64,000 nt of DNA from Candidatus Marinacidobacterium sp. GTDB lineage: Bacteria; Acidobacteriota; Vicinamibacteria; Marinacidobacterales; Marinacidobacteraceae. Positions 38,817 to 47,582 of the stretch are shown here, in pieces. Numbering within the stretch: the stretch's first letter is position 1; each line of letters starts with the position of its first letter. Made by a program: the position numbers and the translations under genes. The stretch lies in the NCBI GenBank assembly GCA_965204755.1, contig OZ242011.1, positions 3,232,001 to 3,296,000 of the forward strand. The letters run 5' to 3'. Below the pieces are notes generated by a model. The model saw only the letters and a program-made list of their open reading frames with translations. It was not told where the DNA came from and ran no database searches.

Positions 38817-41315
38817 TCAGTTCGCGGGTTCGAGGACGAGTCGGTGTTCGGTGACCGATTCCACCTTGGCGCGGGTATACGCCAACGGGAAGTACTGGTG
38901 ACGCACCCACAGTTCGAACAGGTCCCGGTAGTGCGGGCTCTCCGGATCGCCCGACTGGCCCGGCGCGCTCGTCGCCACCGAGTTGTCCCAGTTCGACGGG
39001 TCGAGGATCACGCGGAAACTGCCGCCGGAACGCTGGTTGTCGCTTCCGCCGGTGTTGTTCACCGTGGACTCGTAGCCGCCGCGCGGCCAGGGGCCCACTT
39101 CCAGCAGGGCGCGGGTCTCTTCGTCCACCGCGTTCGCCAGGTAGTGCGTGATGTGGACATGCTTCATCGCTTCCTGCCCGTAGCGCCAACCGTCGTGGTC
39201 GGCGCCGAACCGCTCTTCCACTTCGACGGCGGCGGCGGCGAAGGCGTCGAGCAGCAGTTCGTCCCGCCCGGCGATCGGGTCCTCCCCGAACCGGCCGTCG
39301 GGCGCCAGCAGGTGGTCGAGCATCCGCTTCTTGTTCAGGCCCCGAACGAGATCGCGCGCCGCTTCCGGAACGAAGAGTTCGCGCATCGCGGCCGATACCT
39401 GCCGCTCGAAGTGGAGATAGAGCGTCGCCCCCGAGGACTCCTTCGCCATCACGAAGTCCCAGTCGGCGAGGAGCGCCTTCGCCGCGCTCCCCGGCGGCTC
39501 CGCCGACAGCAGCAGCGGTACGAGGTTTCGCGCCACGACGCTCAGTTCGTCGTGCTGGAAGGCCATCATGTCCTGCACGGTGAGCCGCCGGCCGGTGCGC
39601 ATCAACTCGTCCACGCGCAGTCCGCGCATCTCGTCGCCCCAGGTGAAGTGGAGCGCTTCGGGGTGGGGGTAGTCGGAGGCCACCGCCGGCGCCATCAGGT
39701 TGTTCGCCGTGCCCCAAAAGCCCTTCGGCGGGTTCAGCACCGACGGCAGCGCCTTGATCGGCAGGTATCCCGACCATTCGTAGCGTCCGTCGCCGGGAAC
39801 CGGCACCAGGCCGCTCCAGCGGGCGTTGCGGATCGGCGAGACCCCGACCGCTTGGTAGCCGATGTTGCCGTCCACATCGCCCCAGATCATGTTCTCCGCC
39901 GGGATGCCGCTGTAGTTGCAGGCTTCCACGAACTCTTCCCAAGTCTCGGCCTGGTCCATCCGCAAACTGGCGAGGTAGGGCGAGTTCCCGATCTCCAGCC
40001 AGGCCGCGTTCAGCGCGTACGCCTTCCGGTTCTCCGGGTCCTCGTACACCACCGGCCCGTGCCGGGTGTACTTCAGGGTCGCTTCGTGGTCGGCCTGCCC
40101 TTCCACCGGGATGCGCTCCGCGCGGACGGTCATCGCCTCCCACTCGCCGAGGTATCGGTACTCGTTCGGGTTCGCCGGGTTCGTGTCATAGACCATCAGG
40201 TCTTCGTTGTCCTGGCCGAACACGGTGAGGCCCCAGCCGCCCTTCTCGTTGTGGCCGATGGAGAGGCCGGGGAGCACCGGTTCGCCGCCGCCGATGACAT
40301 TCCAGCCGGGGGCGTGGAGGTGGACGAAGTAACGGAGCGACGGCGCCACGATGGTCCGGTGGGGGTCGTTCACGATGAGCGGGAGGCCGGTCCAGGTGCG
40401 TTCGCCGCCGACCACCCAGTTGTTGCTGCCGATGTGTTCGCCGAGGTCGGTGAGCCGCAACTCCGAAGGGATCTGCCGGAGCAGCGCCTGCCGCCCCGCG
40501 TCCGGGTTGCGCCGCTCTTCGAGGACGACCTGTTCCGGCAGGAAGTTCACCGGCCCGCGAAAGGCGCGGTAGGTGTCCAGGATCTCCGGTTTCAGCAGCG
40601 AGCCGTCGATCGCCGGGTCGAGGTCGAGCATCGGGACTCCCGGGCGGAACCACTCCACATCGCGCAGGACTTCCGGCCCGACCGCCGCGACCGCCATTCC
40701 ATACTCCAACTCCCGGGTGACATTGGACAGGAGCCCCTGGTGCCGCGAGATGACCGCGGCTTCGGTCCAGGGCTCGGGCCGGATGCCCAGCAGTCGGAAC
40801 TCCAGGGGCAGCGAGTCCGGGTCCTCGTTCGCCCGCGCGATGGCGGCGTTGATGCCCCGGACGAACGCGGGGATGATCCGGTCGCCGCGCGGGTGGTAGT
40901 AGCGCATTTCGTCGCCGAGGTCCTTGCGGAAGCGGTGGAGGCGCGCGCCGATGTCCCGGTCGAGTTCGGCGGGGCCGAGGATTTCCGCCACCGTCCCGGT
41001 CGCCTGCCGGCGCCACATCTCGAACTGGAAGAGGCGGCTCTCGGCGGCGCGGTAGCCCTGGACGAAGAACAGGTCGTCCTCGTTCCCGGCGTAGATGTGG
41101 TCGATGCCCCAGCGGTCGGCGAGGACTTCCACGCCGGCCCGGAGACCGGGGACGCTGCGGTGCTCCTCGGTCTGCGCGGCGGCGCCCGCCGGGGCGAGCG
41201 CGGCGAACGCGAACGCCGCCGCCGCGACGGCGGAAAGCAGCCCCGGTGTCCGACGGCTCGGCGGCGGGGCGGGCGCCGCGGCGGAGCGGATACTCGTCGT
41301 CGTCTCGGTCTTCAT
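38817..41315 (-). CDS. Penicillin acylase family (Ntn-hydrolase), secreted
   Basis: DRWGIDHIYA, RLFQ, GSNNWVV autoproteolysis site, NDPH, TRHGP, PGQSG. Confidence 0.93.
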   Translation of the reverse strand: MKTETTTSIRSAAAPAPPPSRRTPGLLSAVAAAAFAFAALAPAGAAAQTEEHRSVPGLRAGVEVLADRWGIDHIYAGNEDDLFFVQGYRAAESRLFQFEMWRRQATGTVAEILGPAELDRDIGARLHRFRKDLGDEMRYYHPRGDRIIPAFVRGINAAIARANEDPDSLPLEFRLLGIRPEPWTEAAVISRHQGLLSNVTRELEYGMAVAAVGPEVLRDVEWFRPGVPMLDLDPAIDGSLLKPEILDTYRAFRGPVNFLPEQVVLEERRNPDAGRQALLRQIPSELRLTDLGEHIGSNNWVVGGERTWTGLPLIVNDPHRTIVAPSLRYFVHLHAPGWNVIGGGEPVLPGLSIGHNEKGGWGLTVFGQDNEDLMVYDTNPANPNEYRYLGEWEAMTVRAERIPVEGQADHEATLKYTRHGPVVYEDPENRKAYALNAAWLEIGNSPYLASLRMDQAETWEEFVEACNYSGIPAENMIWGDVDGNIGYQAVGVSPIRNARWSGLVPVPGDGRYEWSGYLPIKALPSVLNPPKGFWGTANNLMAPAVASDYPHPEALHFTWGDEMRGLRVDELMRTGRRLTVQDMMAFQHDELSVVARNLVPLLLSAEPPGSAAKALLADWDFVMAKESSGATLYLHFERQVSAAMRELFVPEAARDLVRGLNKKRMLDHLLAPDGRFGEDPIAGRDELLLDAFAAAAVEVEERFGADHDGWRYGQEAMKHVHITHYLANAVDEETRALLEVGPWPRGGYESTVNNTGGSDNQRSGGSFRVILDPSNWDNSVATSAPGQSGDPESPHYRDLFELWVRHQYFPLAYTRAKVESVTEHRLVLEPAN

Positions 41316-41486
41316 GGTCACGGCCTCCCTCGGCCCGGCGCGGCCGGCTGCGGTCTGTCCCCGAATCCGGCGGGGCGGCGCCGGCGGGCCGATGGTACCC
41401 GCCCCGGCGAAGGGTCCCGGCGGCGCCGCTCGTCCGTCGGTTGATACTTCCGGCCCCCGCCGAGCCCTCCCGCGGCGCCCTTCGCA

Positions 41487-42707
41487 GTGACTTCCCCGCC
41501 TTCGCCCTCCCGCCGGACGCCGTCGCTCGCCACGCTCATGTTCGCCGCCATGGGCGTCGGGGCGGGGCTCGGGGCGCTCCTCGGCGAACGGGCCGCCGCC
41601 GGGGCGTTCCTCGGGGACATCTTCATCCGGCTGCTCATCCTGGCGGCCGTGCCCCTCCTCTTCCTGAACCTGGTGAGCGCCCTCGGCTCGGCGGGCGCCG
41701 GCGGAGGGATCTCCGCGGTGGCCTGGCGCTTCGGCGCGTTCGCCGTGCTGACCACCGCCGGCGCCGGCCTCGCCGGTTTCGCGCTCGTGTCGCTGTTCGA
41801 GCCGGGCGCCGGCATGGCGGCGGTCCTCGGGGGCGAGTCCGCCTCGTCGGAACCGCCGGCCGCGTTCGACGGGCCGGAGTTCCTGCGTTCCCTGGTTCCG
41901 GAGAGCGTCTTCGGCGTGTTCGTCGAGCGGCGGGTCGCGGCGGTGGTCGCGCTGGCCCTGTTCCTCGGCGCCGCCTTGCGGACGCTGGAAGAAGGGCCCC
42001 GGGGCGAGATCCTCCGATTCGTCAACGCCGCCACGGCGCTGTTCCGGCGGCTCACCGAAGGCGTGCTGTGGTTCGGGCCGGTGGGGGTCGCCGCCCTCGC
42101 CGCCGCCGCGGTCGGCGAGTACGGAGGCGCGGTCTTCGGGCCGCTCGGCCGCTACATCGCGGCGATCTGGGCGGCGGACCTGGCGGTGCTGCTCACCTAC
42201 CTGGTGTGGATCCGCGCGCTGGCCCGGAGGCCGGCGATCGGGTTCGTCCGCCGCGCGTCCACCGCCTGGATGACCGCGGCCACCACCTGCAGCAGTCTGG
42301 CGAGCCTCTCCGCTTCGCTGGAAACGGCCGGCCGGATCGGGCTGCCGCGCTCCGTGTACTCGTTCACGCTGCCGCTCGGCGCGCAACTCAACAAGGATGG
42401 CAGCGCGGTGATGCTCGGCGGCATGTTCCTGTTCACCGCCCAATCGTCGGGCGCGGACTTCGGATTCGGCGACCTGGCCGCGGTGCTCGCGTTGGCGGTG
42501 CTCATCACCTTCGCGCTTCCCGGCGTGGTGAACGGCGGCGTGGTGGGGCAGATGCTGCTCGTCGGCGCCTTCGGACTCCCGCCGTCGCTGGTCCTGCTCG
42601 TCGCCGGCGTCTATCGCCTGGTGGACATGCCCATGACCGCGCTGAACATCTTCGGCGACCTGGTGGGAACCACGGTCGTCGCGAAACGGCTCGGCCGCGC
42701 GGAATGA
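41487..42707 (+). CDS. Dicarboxylate/amino acid:cation symporter (DAACS)
   Basis: TCSSLASL, LPLGAQLNKDG, DMPMTALNIFGD. Confidence 0.9.
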   Translation: MTSPPSPSRRTPSLATLMFAAMGVGAGLGALLGERAAAGAFLGDIFIRLLILAAVPLLFLNLVSALGSAGAGGGISAVAWRFGAFAVLTTAGAGLAGFALVSLFEPGAGMAAVLGGESASSEPPAAFDGPEFLRSLVPESVFGVFVERRVAAVVALALFLGAALRTLEEGPRGEILRFVNAATALFRRLTEGVLWFGPVGVAALAAAAVGEYGGAVFGPLGRYIAAIWAADLAVLLTYLVWIRALARRPAIGFVRRASTAWMTAATTCSSLASLSASLETAGRIGLPRSVYSFTLPLGAQLNKDGSAVMLGGMFLFTAQSSGADFGFGDLAAVLALAVLITFALPGVVNGGVVGQMLLVGAFGLPPSLVLLVAGVYRLVDMPMTALNIFGDLVGTTVVAKRLGRAE

Positions 42708-43957
42708 CCGCGTCCGGCGCGGCGCCGCGGCGGCGGCCGATCCACGAGGCGCGTTCCCTCTACCCCGGCGCGGCTCGCCGGCCGTACTTCGATGTGGCGG
42801 TGCGCAGCCTGCTGGCCGCGCCGGTGCGCGAAGCGGTGGACCGCTTCCTGGATCGCGCGATGGAAGGCGGTCCGGACAAGGAAGGCCTCCTGGCGGTGGT
42901 GGAGCGGGGCCGCGAGCGGTTCGCCCGCTGGATCGGCGCGGCGCCCGACGAAGTGGCCTGGACCCGGAATGTCACCGACGGCCTGAACCTGTTCCTCGGC
43001 TCGCTGGACTGGCGGACGGGCGACGAGGTGGTGCTCTGCCCGGAGTTGGAGCACCCGGCGAATGTGCTGCCCTGGCGCAACCTGGCGGCGCGGCGCGGCG
43101 TCCGGCTGGTCGAGGTTCCGGCGGACCGGGGGCGTCTCCCGTCTGCGCGGATGGCGGAAGCGGTCGGGCCGCGGACGCGGGTGATCGCCGCCGCCACGGT
43201 CTCGTTCGCTCCCGGACTCGCCGCCGACCTGGGGCCGCTCCGGGAGGCCCGGCGGTCTTCCGGAGCGCTTCTCGTCCTCGACGCCGCGCAGTCCGCGGGC
43301 GTGCTGCCCACCGAGGTGGACGCGCTCGGCGCGGACGCCCTGGCGGTGGCGACGCAGAAGGGGCTCTCGGCGTTCTACGGGACCGGTTTCCTCTACTGCC
43401 GCCGGGAGGTGGCCGAGGCGCTGACTCCGGCCGCGCTCGGGCGGTATGGACTGGACGGCGACGGGGCGGAGACCGAGATTCCGGAGGAGGGGCTGCCCTA
43501 CGCCGGCGGCGCCCGGCGCTTCGACTTGGGCAACTACAACTATCCGGGCGCGGTCGCGGCCGACCGGGCGCTGGAGATGCTCGCCGAGTTCGGGGCGGAG
43601 GCGATCGGGGAGCGCGCGGTCGGCCTGGCGGCGCGGCTGGCGGAAGGGCTCGCCGAACTCGGGTTGCCGGTGGCCGGGTTCGACGGAGCGGACGGGCCGG
43701 GGGCGCCGCGGGAATGGCCCGGAGGGAGCCACATCGTTTCGGTCGGCGCGCCGGGGCGCGGCGGGCATCGGACCACGGAGGATCCGCGGTGGAACGCGCT
43801 CTACCGGCGGCTCGCGGCGGCCGGAGCGCGGCTTTCCATCCGGCGGGGCGTCCTGCGGTTCTCCTGCCACCTGTGGAACGAGGAAAGCGAGGTGGACGGG
43901 ATCCTGGAGGTCGCCGGCGGGTTCGTCCGGGCCGGGGGCCTCCGGCAGCCGGGCTGA
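42704..43957 (+). CDS. Class V PLP aminotransferase (cysteine desulfurase-like)
   Basis: EHPANVLPW, DAAQSAG, TQKGL (PLP lysine); ATGA overlap with the symporter. Confidence 0.88.
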   Translation: MTASGAAPRRRPIHEARSLYPGAARRPYFDVAVRSLLAAPVREAVDRFLDRAMEGGPDKEGLLAVVERGRERFARWIGAAPDEVAWTRNVTDGLNLFLGSLDWRTGDEVVLCPELEHPANVLPWRNLAARRGVRLVEVPADRGRLPSARMAEAVGPRTRVIAAATVSFAPGLAADLGPLREARRSSGALLVLDAAQSAGVLPTEVDALGADALAVATQKGLSAFYGTGFLYCRREVAEALTPAALGRYGLDGDGAETEIPEEGLPYAGGARRFDLGNYNYPGAVAADRALEMLAEFGAEAIGERAVGLAARLAEGLAELGLPVAGFDGADGPGAPREWPGGSHIVSVGAPGRGGHRTTEDPRWNALYRRLAAAGARLSIRRGVLRFSCHLWNEESEVDGILEVAGGFVRAGGLRQPG

Positions 43958-44046
43958 CCGGGGCGGGCGGCGGGTACACTCCGCCTTCTGCATTCGGCGC
44001 GGCGCGTCCGCGCTCCGGAGAACCTTCCCCAGGAGGAATCCCGACC

Positions 44047-44559
44047 ATGACTCGACCGACGATGACTCGAATCGCCGCCGCCCTCGCGGGCCTGTTCGCC
44101 GCCGGCGGGCTCGCCGCCGCGCATCCGCACTTCAACAAGACGGTCTCCACCACCGTCGGCGAAGTGGAAGTGTCCGTCTCCTACAACTCCACCGACGCCA
44201 ACATGGAGCGGGTGGCCGCCGTCGAGGCCGACACCTTCGTGAGCCCCCGCGGCCCGCGCCTGAACCTGTCCGGCGAAGTGATGGCCGGAGGAACGACGAT
44301 CGCCGCCGGCGAGTACACCATCGGCGTCATGAAGAGCATGGACGGCGCCTGGACGATGGCGCTCCACGAGGGCCGGATTCCCCGCGGCGAGATGCCGGAC
44401 ATGGCGAAGGTGACGAAGTTGGACTCGCGCTACTCCGAGGACATGGGGTCGGCCGCCCACATGCGGATCGACATCACCGCCGGCTCCGGCGACTTCGCCG
44501 GCAAACCGGTGATCGAGATCCACTTCGGCCACATGCACCTGCAGGCGGCCATCGGGTAG
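44047..44559 (+). CDS. Exported protein, DUF2911-like
   Basis: AGGAGG RBS, signal peptide, GGTTIAAGEYTI...WT motif. Confidence 0.6.
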   Translation: MTRPTMTRIAAALAGLFAAGGLAAAHPHFNKTVSTTVGEVEVSVSYNSTDANMERVAAVEADTFVSPRGPRLNLSGEVMAGGTTIAAGEYTIGVMKSMDGAWTMALHEGRIPRGEMPDMAKVTKLDSRYSEDMGSAAHMRIDITAGSGDFAGKPVIEIHFGHMHLQAAIG

Positions 44560-44742
44560 GGCCCGAGAACCTCTGTCGCGCGGCGCCGGCGGCTGCGACA
44601 GCCGGCGCCGCGTTCCACGGCGCCCGCGTCTTGCCGGTCGCCGTTCCGGGGACGGACAGTCCGGCGAACTGCGACGCGCCGCCATGACCCCGCGAGCGCC
44701 GCCGGGCGCCCGCCGATCGCCGCTGCCTCGGTACTCGCGCAC

Positions 44743-47553
44743 ATGAATCTCCACCGACTTTCCGCCGGCGCCCGCTACGCGCTGCTCGGCGTCGGGGTCC
44801 TGGGCGCCTTGGCGGCGAGGTGGCAGGCGCTCCCCTACGAGTCCGGGGACTACATCAATCATCTCGGCCCCTGGTGGAACTTCATTCGGGACAACGGCGG
44901 CTTCGCCGCCCTCCGACACGAGTTCTCGAACTACAACCCGCCCTACCTGTATTTGCTCGCTGCCGGTTCTTATCTCGATCCATGGGTTCGCGACCTGACC
45001 GTGATCAAGGGGATCGGCTTCTTCTTCGATCTCCTCCTCGCCTTCTTCGTCCTGCTTGCCGTCCGGCTCCGGCACCCCCCGCCGAGTCTCCTCCCGGCCG
45101 GCGCGGCGCTCGCCGTCCTGTTCGCGCCCTGGGTGTTCCTGAACAGCGCCGTGTGGGGGCAGGCGGACTCCACCTATGTCGCCTTCCTGGCCGGGTCCCT
45201 GTACTTCCTGCTCGCCGGACGCCGCGCGTGGGCGTTCCTCTTCTTCGGCCTTGCGTTCTCGTTCAAACTGCAGGCGATCTTCTTCGCGCCGCCGCTCCTC
45301 TGGCTGCTGCTCAAGGGCGAAGCGCGCTGGCGCGAGGCTCTGCTGAGTCCGCTGGCTTTTGCGCTGTCGCTGCTCCCGGCCGCCTGGATCGGTCGGCCGT
45401 GGAGCGAACTGCTCTCGATCTACCCGGCCCAGACGACCGTCTCGCGCGCCCTCGCCAACACCGGCCCGGGCCTGTACCACTGGTTCTTCATCTCCGGCGA
45501 GTGGGCGCCGCTGTTCGTGGGCGCCGCCGCGATCGCGCTGCTGCTCGTCACCGACTTCCTGGTGAGGAGTGGCCGCGCGATCGGCGAGCGGCTCACGCTG
45601 CTCGCCACCTTCGCAGCGCTGCTCCTCCCTTGGATCCTGCCGCATATTCGGGAGCGGGACTACTATCCGGCCGAGACGCTGTCGATCGTACTCGCGTTCT
45701 TCTGTCCGCGCTACTGGTTCGCACCGGTGACTCTCGGTCTGATCGCGACGATCGGATACCTGCAGTACCTGTTGTGGTGGGGGCGCAACCCGGTTCCGGA
45801 ACATTGGCTCTCACTCGGCGTGTTGTCGCTGCTGGTCGTGTTGGGGCGCCGCGTGTTCCGGGACTTCGCCGTCCCGAACGGCAACCCTGCCATGCGCTCG
45901 CTGTTTCGCGGTCCCCGGGCGCTGGTCTGGTTCTCGGTAGTCTTGGTGGCCACCGCCTCCGCGGCGTACGGCGGACACCGCGCGCTGCGCCACCGGGCGG
46001 TGGAGGAGCGCATCGCGGCGGCGGGAGCGCCCGTCGTTCCTGCTCCGTGGGCGGTCTATCGGGAAGAGGACGGCGAAGAGCGAAACCTGCTCTATTTCCG
46101 GGAAGGGTGCTACACGAAGACGGATCGCTTCGTTCTGCACTTCTATCCCCGGGACGCGGAGCGCCTGGCGCCGACTCGAAGACGATGGGGTTTCTCCGTT
46201 CTCGAGTTCGACTTCGAGGAGCGCGAACTGATGTGGGGCCGGAATTGTCTCGCTTCCGTACCGTTGCCCGATTACCCCCTGAGTTCCGTCGTGACCGGTC
46301 AAGTGCGAGAACGGGACGACCGCTCGCCCAAGTTCCTTTGGCTCGCGGGATTTCGCCCCCCCCCCCCCCCCCCCCCCCCCCCCGGCACCGGGACCGGGAC
46401 CGCTCCGCCGGAGGAGACGGCTTCCCCGAGGTTCGAGGGGCCGATCGACCCGGAGCGCTACCGGACGCCGCTCAGCGCCCTCGCCGCCGGGGAGTGGGGG
46501 GCGCTGGTCGCGAGGTCCGCATTCGACATCTACCTCCGGGGGAGCGAACTCCGATATCACCGGGAACACTGCACGCGGGCTGACCTGAGGGGGCGTTTCC
46601 TCCTGCGTCTCCACCTCCCTTCTTCCGACGCCGCGCCGGCCCGTGAACCGCTGATTCGGGACTTCGACTTCTACGACTACGGGGTCATCGAAGACGGACG
46701 ATGCCTGGCGCTCGTCCCCCTTCCGGAAGGCCGCTACACGAAGTTGAACACCGGCCAGTTTACGGAGTCGAGTCTATGGCGGGTTTCGGTCGATCTGGGA
46801 CATCGGGAGGCGCTTCGTTCGCTGACGGCGGGGGAGTGGGGTGAACCCGAGGCGCGGGCCGCCTTCGATGTCTATCTCTACGGAAACGAGATCCGGTACT
46901 TCCGGGAACCGTGCGCCGCCCGCGATGTGGAGGCCCGCTTCTTCTTGCACTTCTACGGCCCTCCGATCGAGTTGCCGCCCGGTTCGTCAGCGGATGCCGC
47001 CAGGAAACGGGTGTTCGCAAACCGGGACTTCGCTTTCTCCGAATACGGCGCCATCCTCGGCGACCGTTGCCTGGCGATGGTTCCGGCGACGGACCCGGAC
47101 GCCTTCCGCATCTCGACCGGCCAGTTCGCGGCGGGGGAACTGCCGACCTGGAATGTCGACCTGTGGCCCGGGAAACGCCTTCTCGAGTCGCGGCTCGAAG
47201 CCGTCTCCTCCGGCGGGCTCGGTGAGCCGAAAGCCCGCTCCGCCTTCGACATCTATCTCGAGGACTCCGCCGTGGTGTTCCATCGCGCTTCGTGCGCATC
47301 GAGTGATTTGGAGGCGCGTTTCTTCCTCCGCTTCGATCCGGCGCGAGAGACCGACGCGCCGCTCGAGGCCGGCGACGCCGGCCTCCTCGAACGATACTTC
47401 GACTTCACCGAATTCGGGTTCCTCTCCGCCGGTCAGTGTCTCGCGCGCGTGCCGATCCCGGACTCCGCCGGAGACCGCTTCCGCGCCGGTCAGTTTTCGT
47501 CGGACGGATGGTCGCAGTGGTGGGCGGAAGTGAAGTTTTCCCCCGGTCGGTAG
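44743..47553 (+). CDS. GT-C membrane glycosyltransferase (Gpi18-like mannosyltransferase) with four C-terminal Cys-containing repeats
   Basis: SNYNPPYLY, NSAVWGQADS, FSFKLQAIF, PHIRERDYY; many TM helices; repeats FDxYL...C...RFFL...DF...G...C...TGQF. Confidence 0.8.
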   Translation: MNLHRLSAGARYALLGVGVLGALAARWQALPYESGDYINHLGPWWNFIRDNGGFAALRHEFSNYNPPYLYLLAAGSYLDPWVRDLTVIKGIGFFFDLLLAFFVLLAVRLRHPPPSLLPAGAALAVLFAPWVFLNSAVWGQADSTYVAFLAGSLYFLLAGRRAWAFLFFGLAFSFKLQAIFFAPPLLWLLLKGEARWREALLSPLAFALSLLPAAWIGRPWSELLSIYPAQTTVSRALANTGPGLYHWFFISGEWAPLFVGAAAIALLLVTDFLVRSGRAIGERLTLLATFAALLLPWILPHIRERDYYPAETLSIVLAFFCPRYWFAPVTLGLIATIGYLQYLLWWGRNPVPEHWLSLGVLSLLVVLGRRVFRDFAVPNGNPAMRSLFRGPRALVWFSVVLVATASAAYGGHRALRHRAVEERIAAAGAPVVPAPWAVYREEDGEERNLLYFREGCYTKTDRFVLHFYPRDAERLAPTRRRWGFSVLEFDFEERELMWGRNCLASVPLPDYPLSSVVTGQVRERDDRSPKFLWLAGFRPPPPPPPPPGTGTGTAPPEETASPRFEGPIDPERYRTPLSALAAGEWGALVARSAFDIYLRGSELRYHREHCTRADLRGRFLLRLHLPSSDAAPAREPLIRDFDFYDYGVIEDGRCLALVPLPEGRYTKLNTGQFTESSLWRVSVDLGHREALRSLTAGEWGEPEARAAFDVYLYGNEIRYFREPCAARDVEARFFLHFYGPPIELPPGSSADAARKRVFANRDFAFSEYGAILGDRCLAMVPATDPDAFRISTGQFAAGELPTWNVDLWPGKRLLESRLEAVSSGGLGEPKARSAFDIYLEDSAVVFHRASCASSDLEARFFLRFDPARETDAPLEAGDAGLLERYFDFTEFGFLSAGQCLARVPIPDSAGDRFRAGQFSSDGWSQWWAEVKFSPGR
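46356..46383 (+). repeat. C28 homopolymer, in frame (last base of an Arg codon plus Pro9)
   Basis: 28 consecutive C counted in the sequence. Confidence 0.95.
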
Positions 47554-47557
47554 AAGA
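46864..47557. repeat. ~690-bp direct repeat, copy A (3' end of glycosyltransferase 1)
   Basis: Gapless match to 49269..49962 at a 2405-bp offset, extending 4 nt past the stop. Confidence 0.92.
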
Positions 47558-47582
47558 TCGGGGGGTCGAGTTCGCTCGGCGC

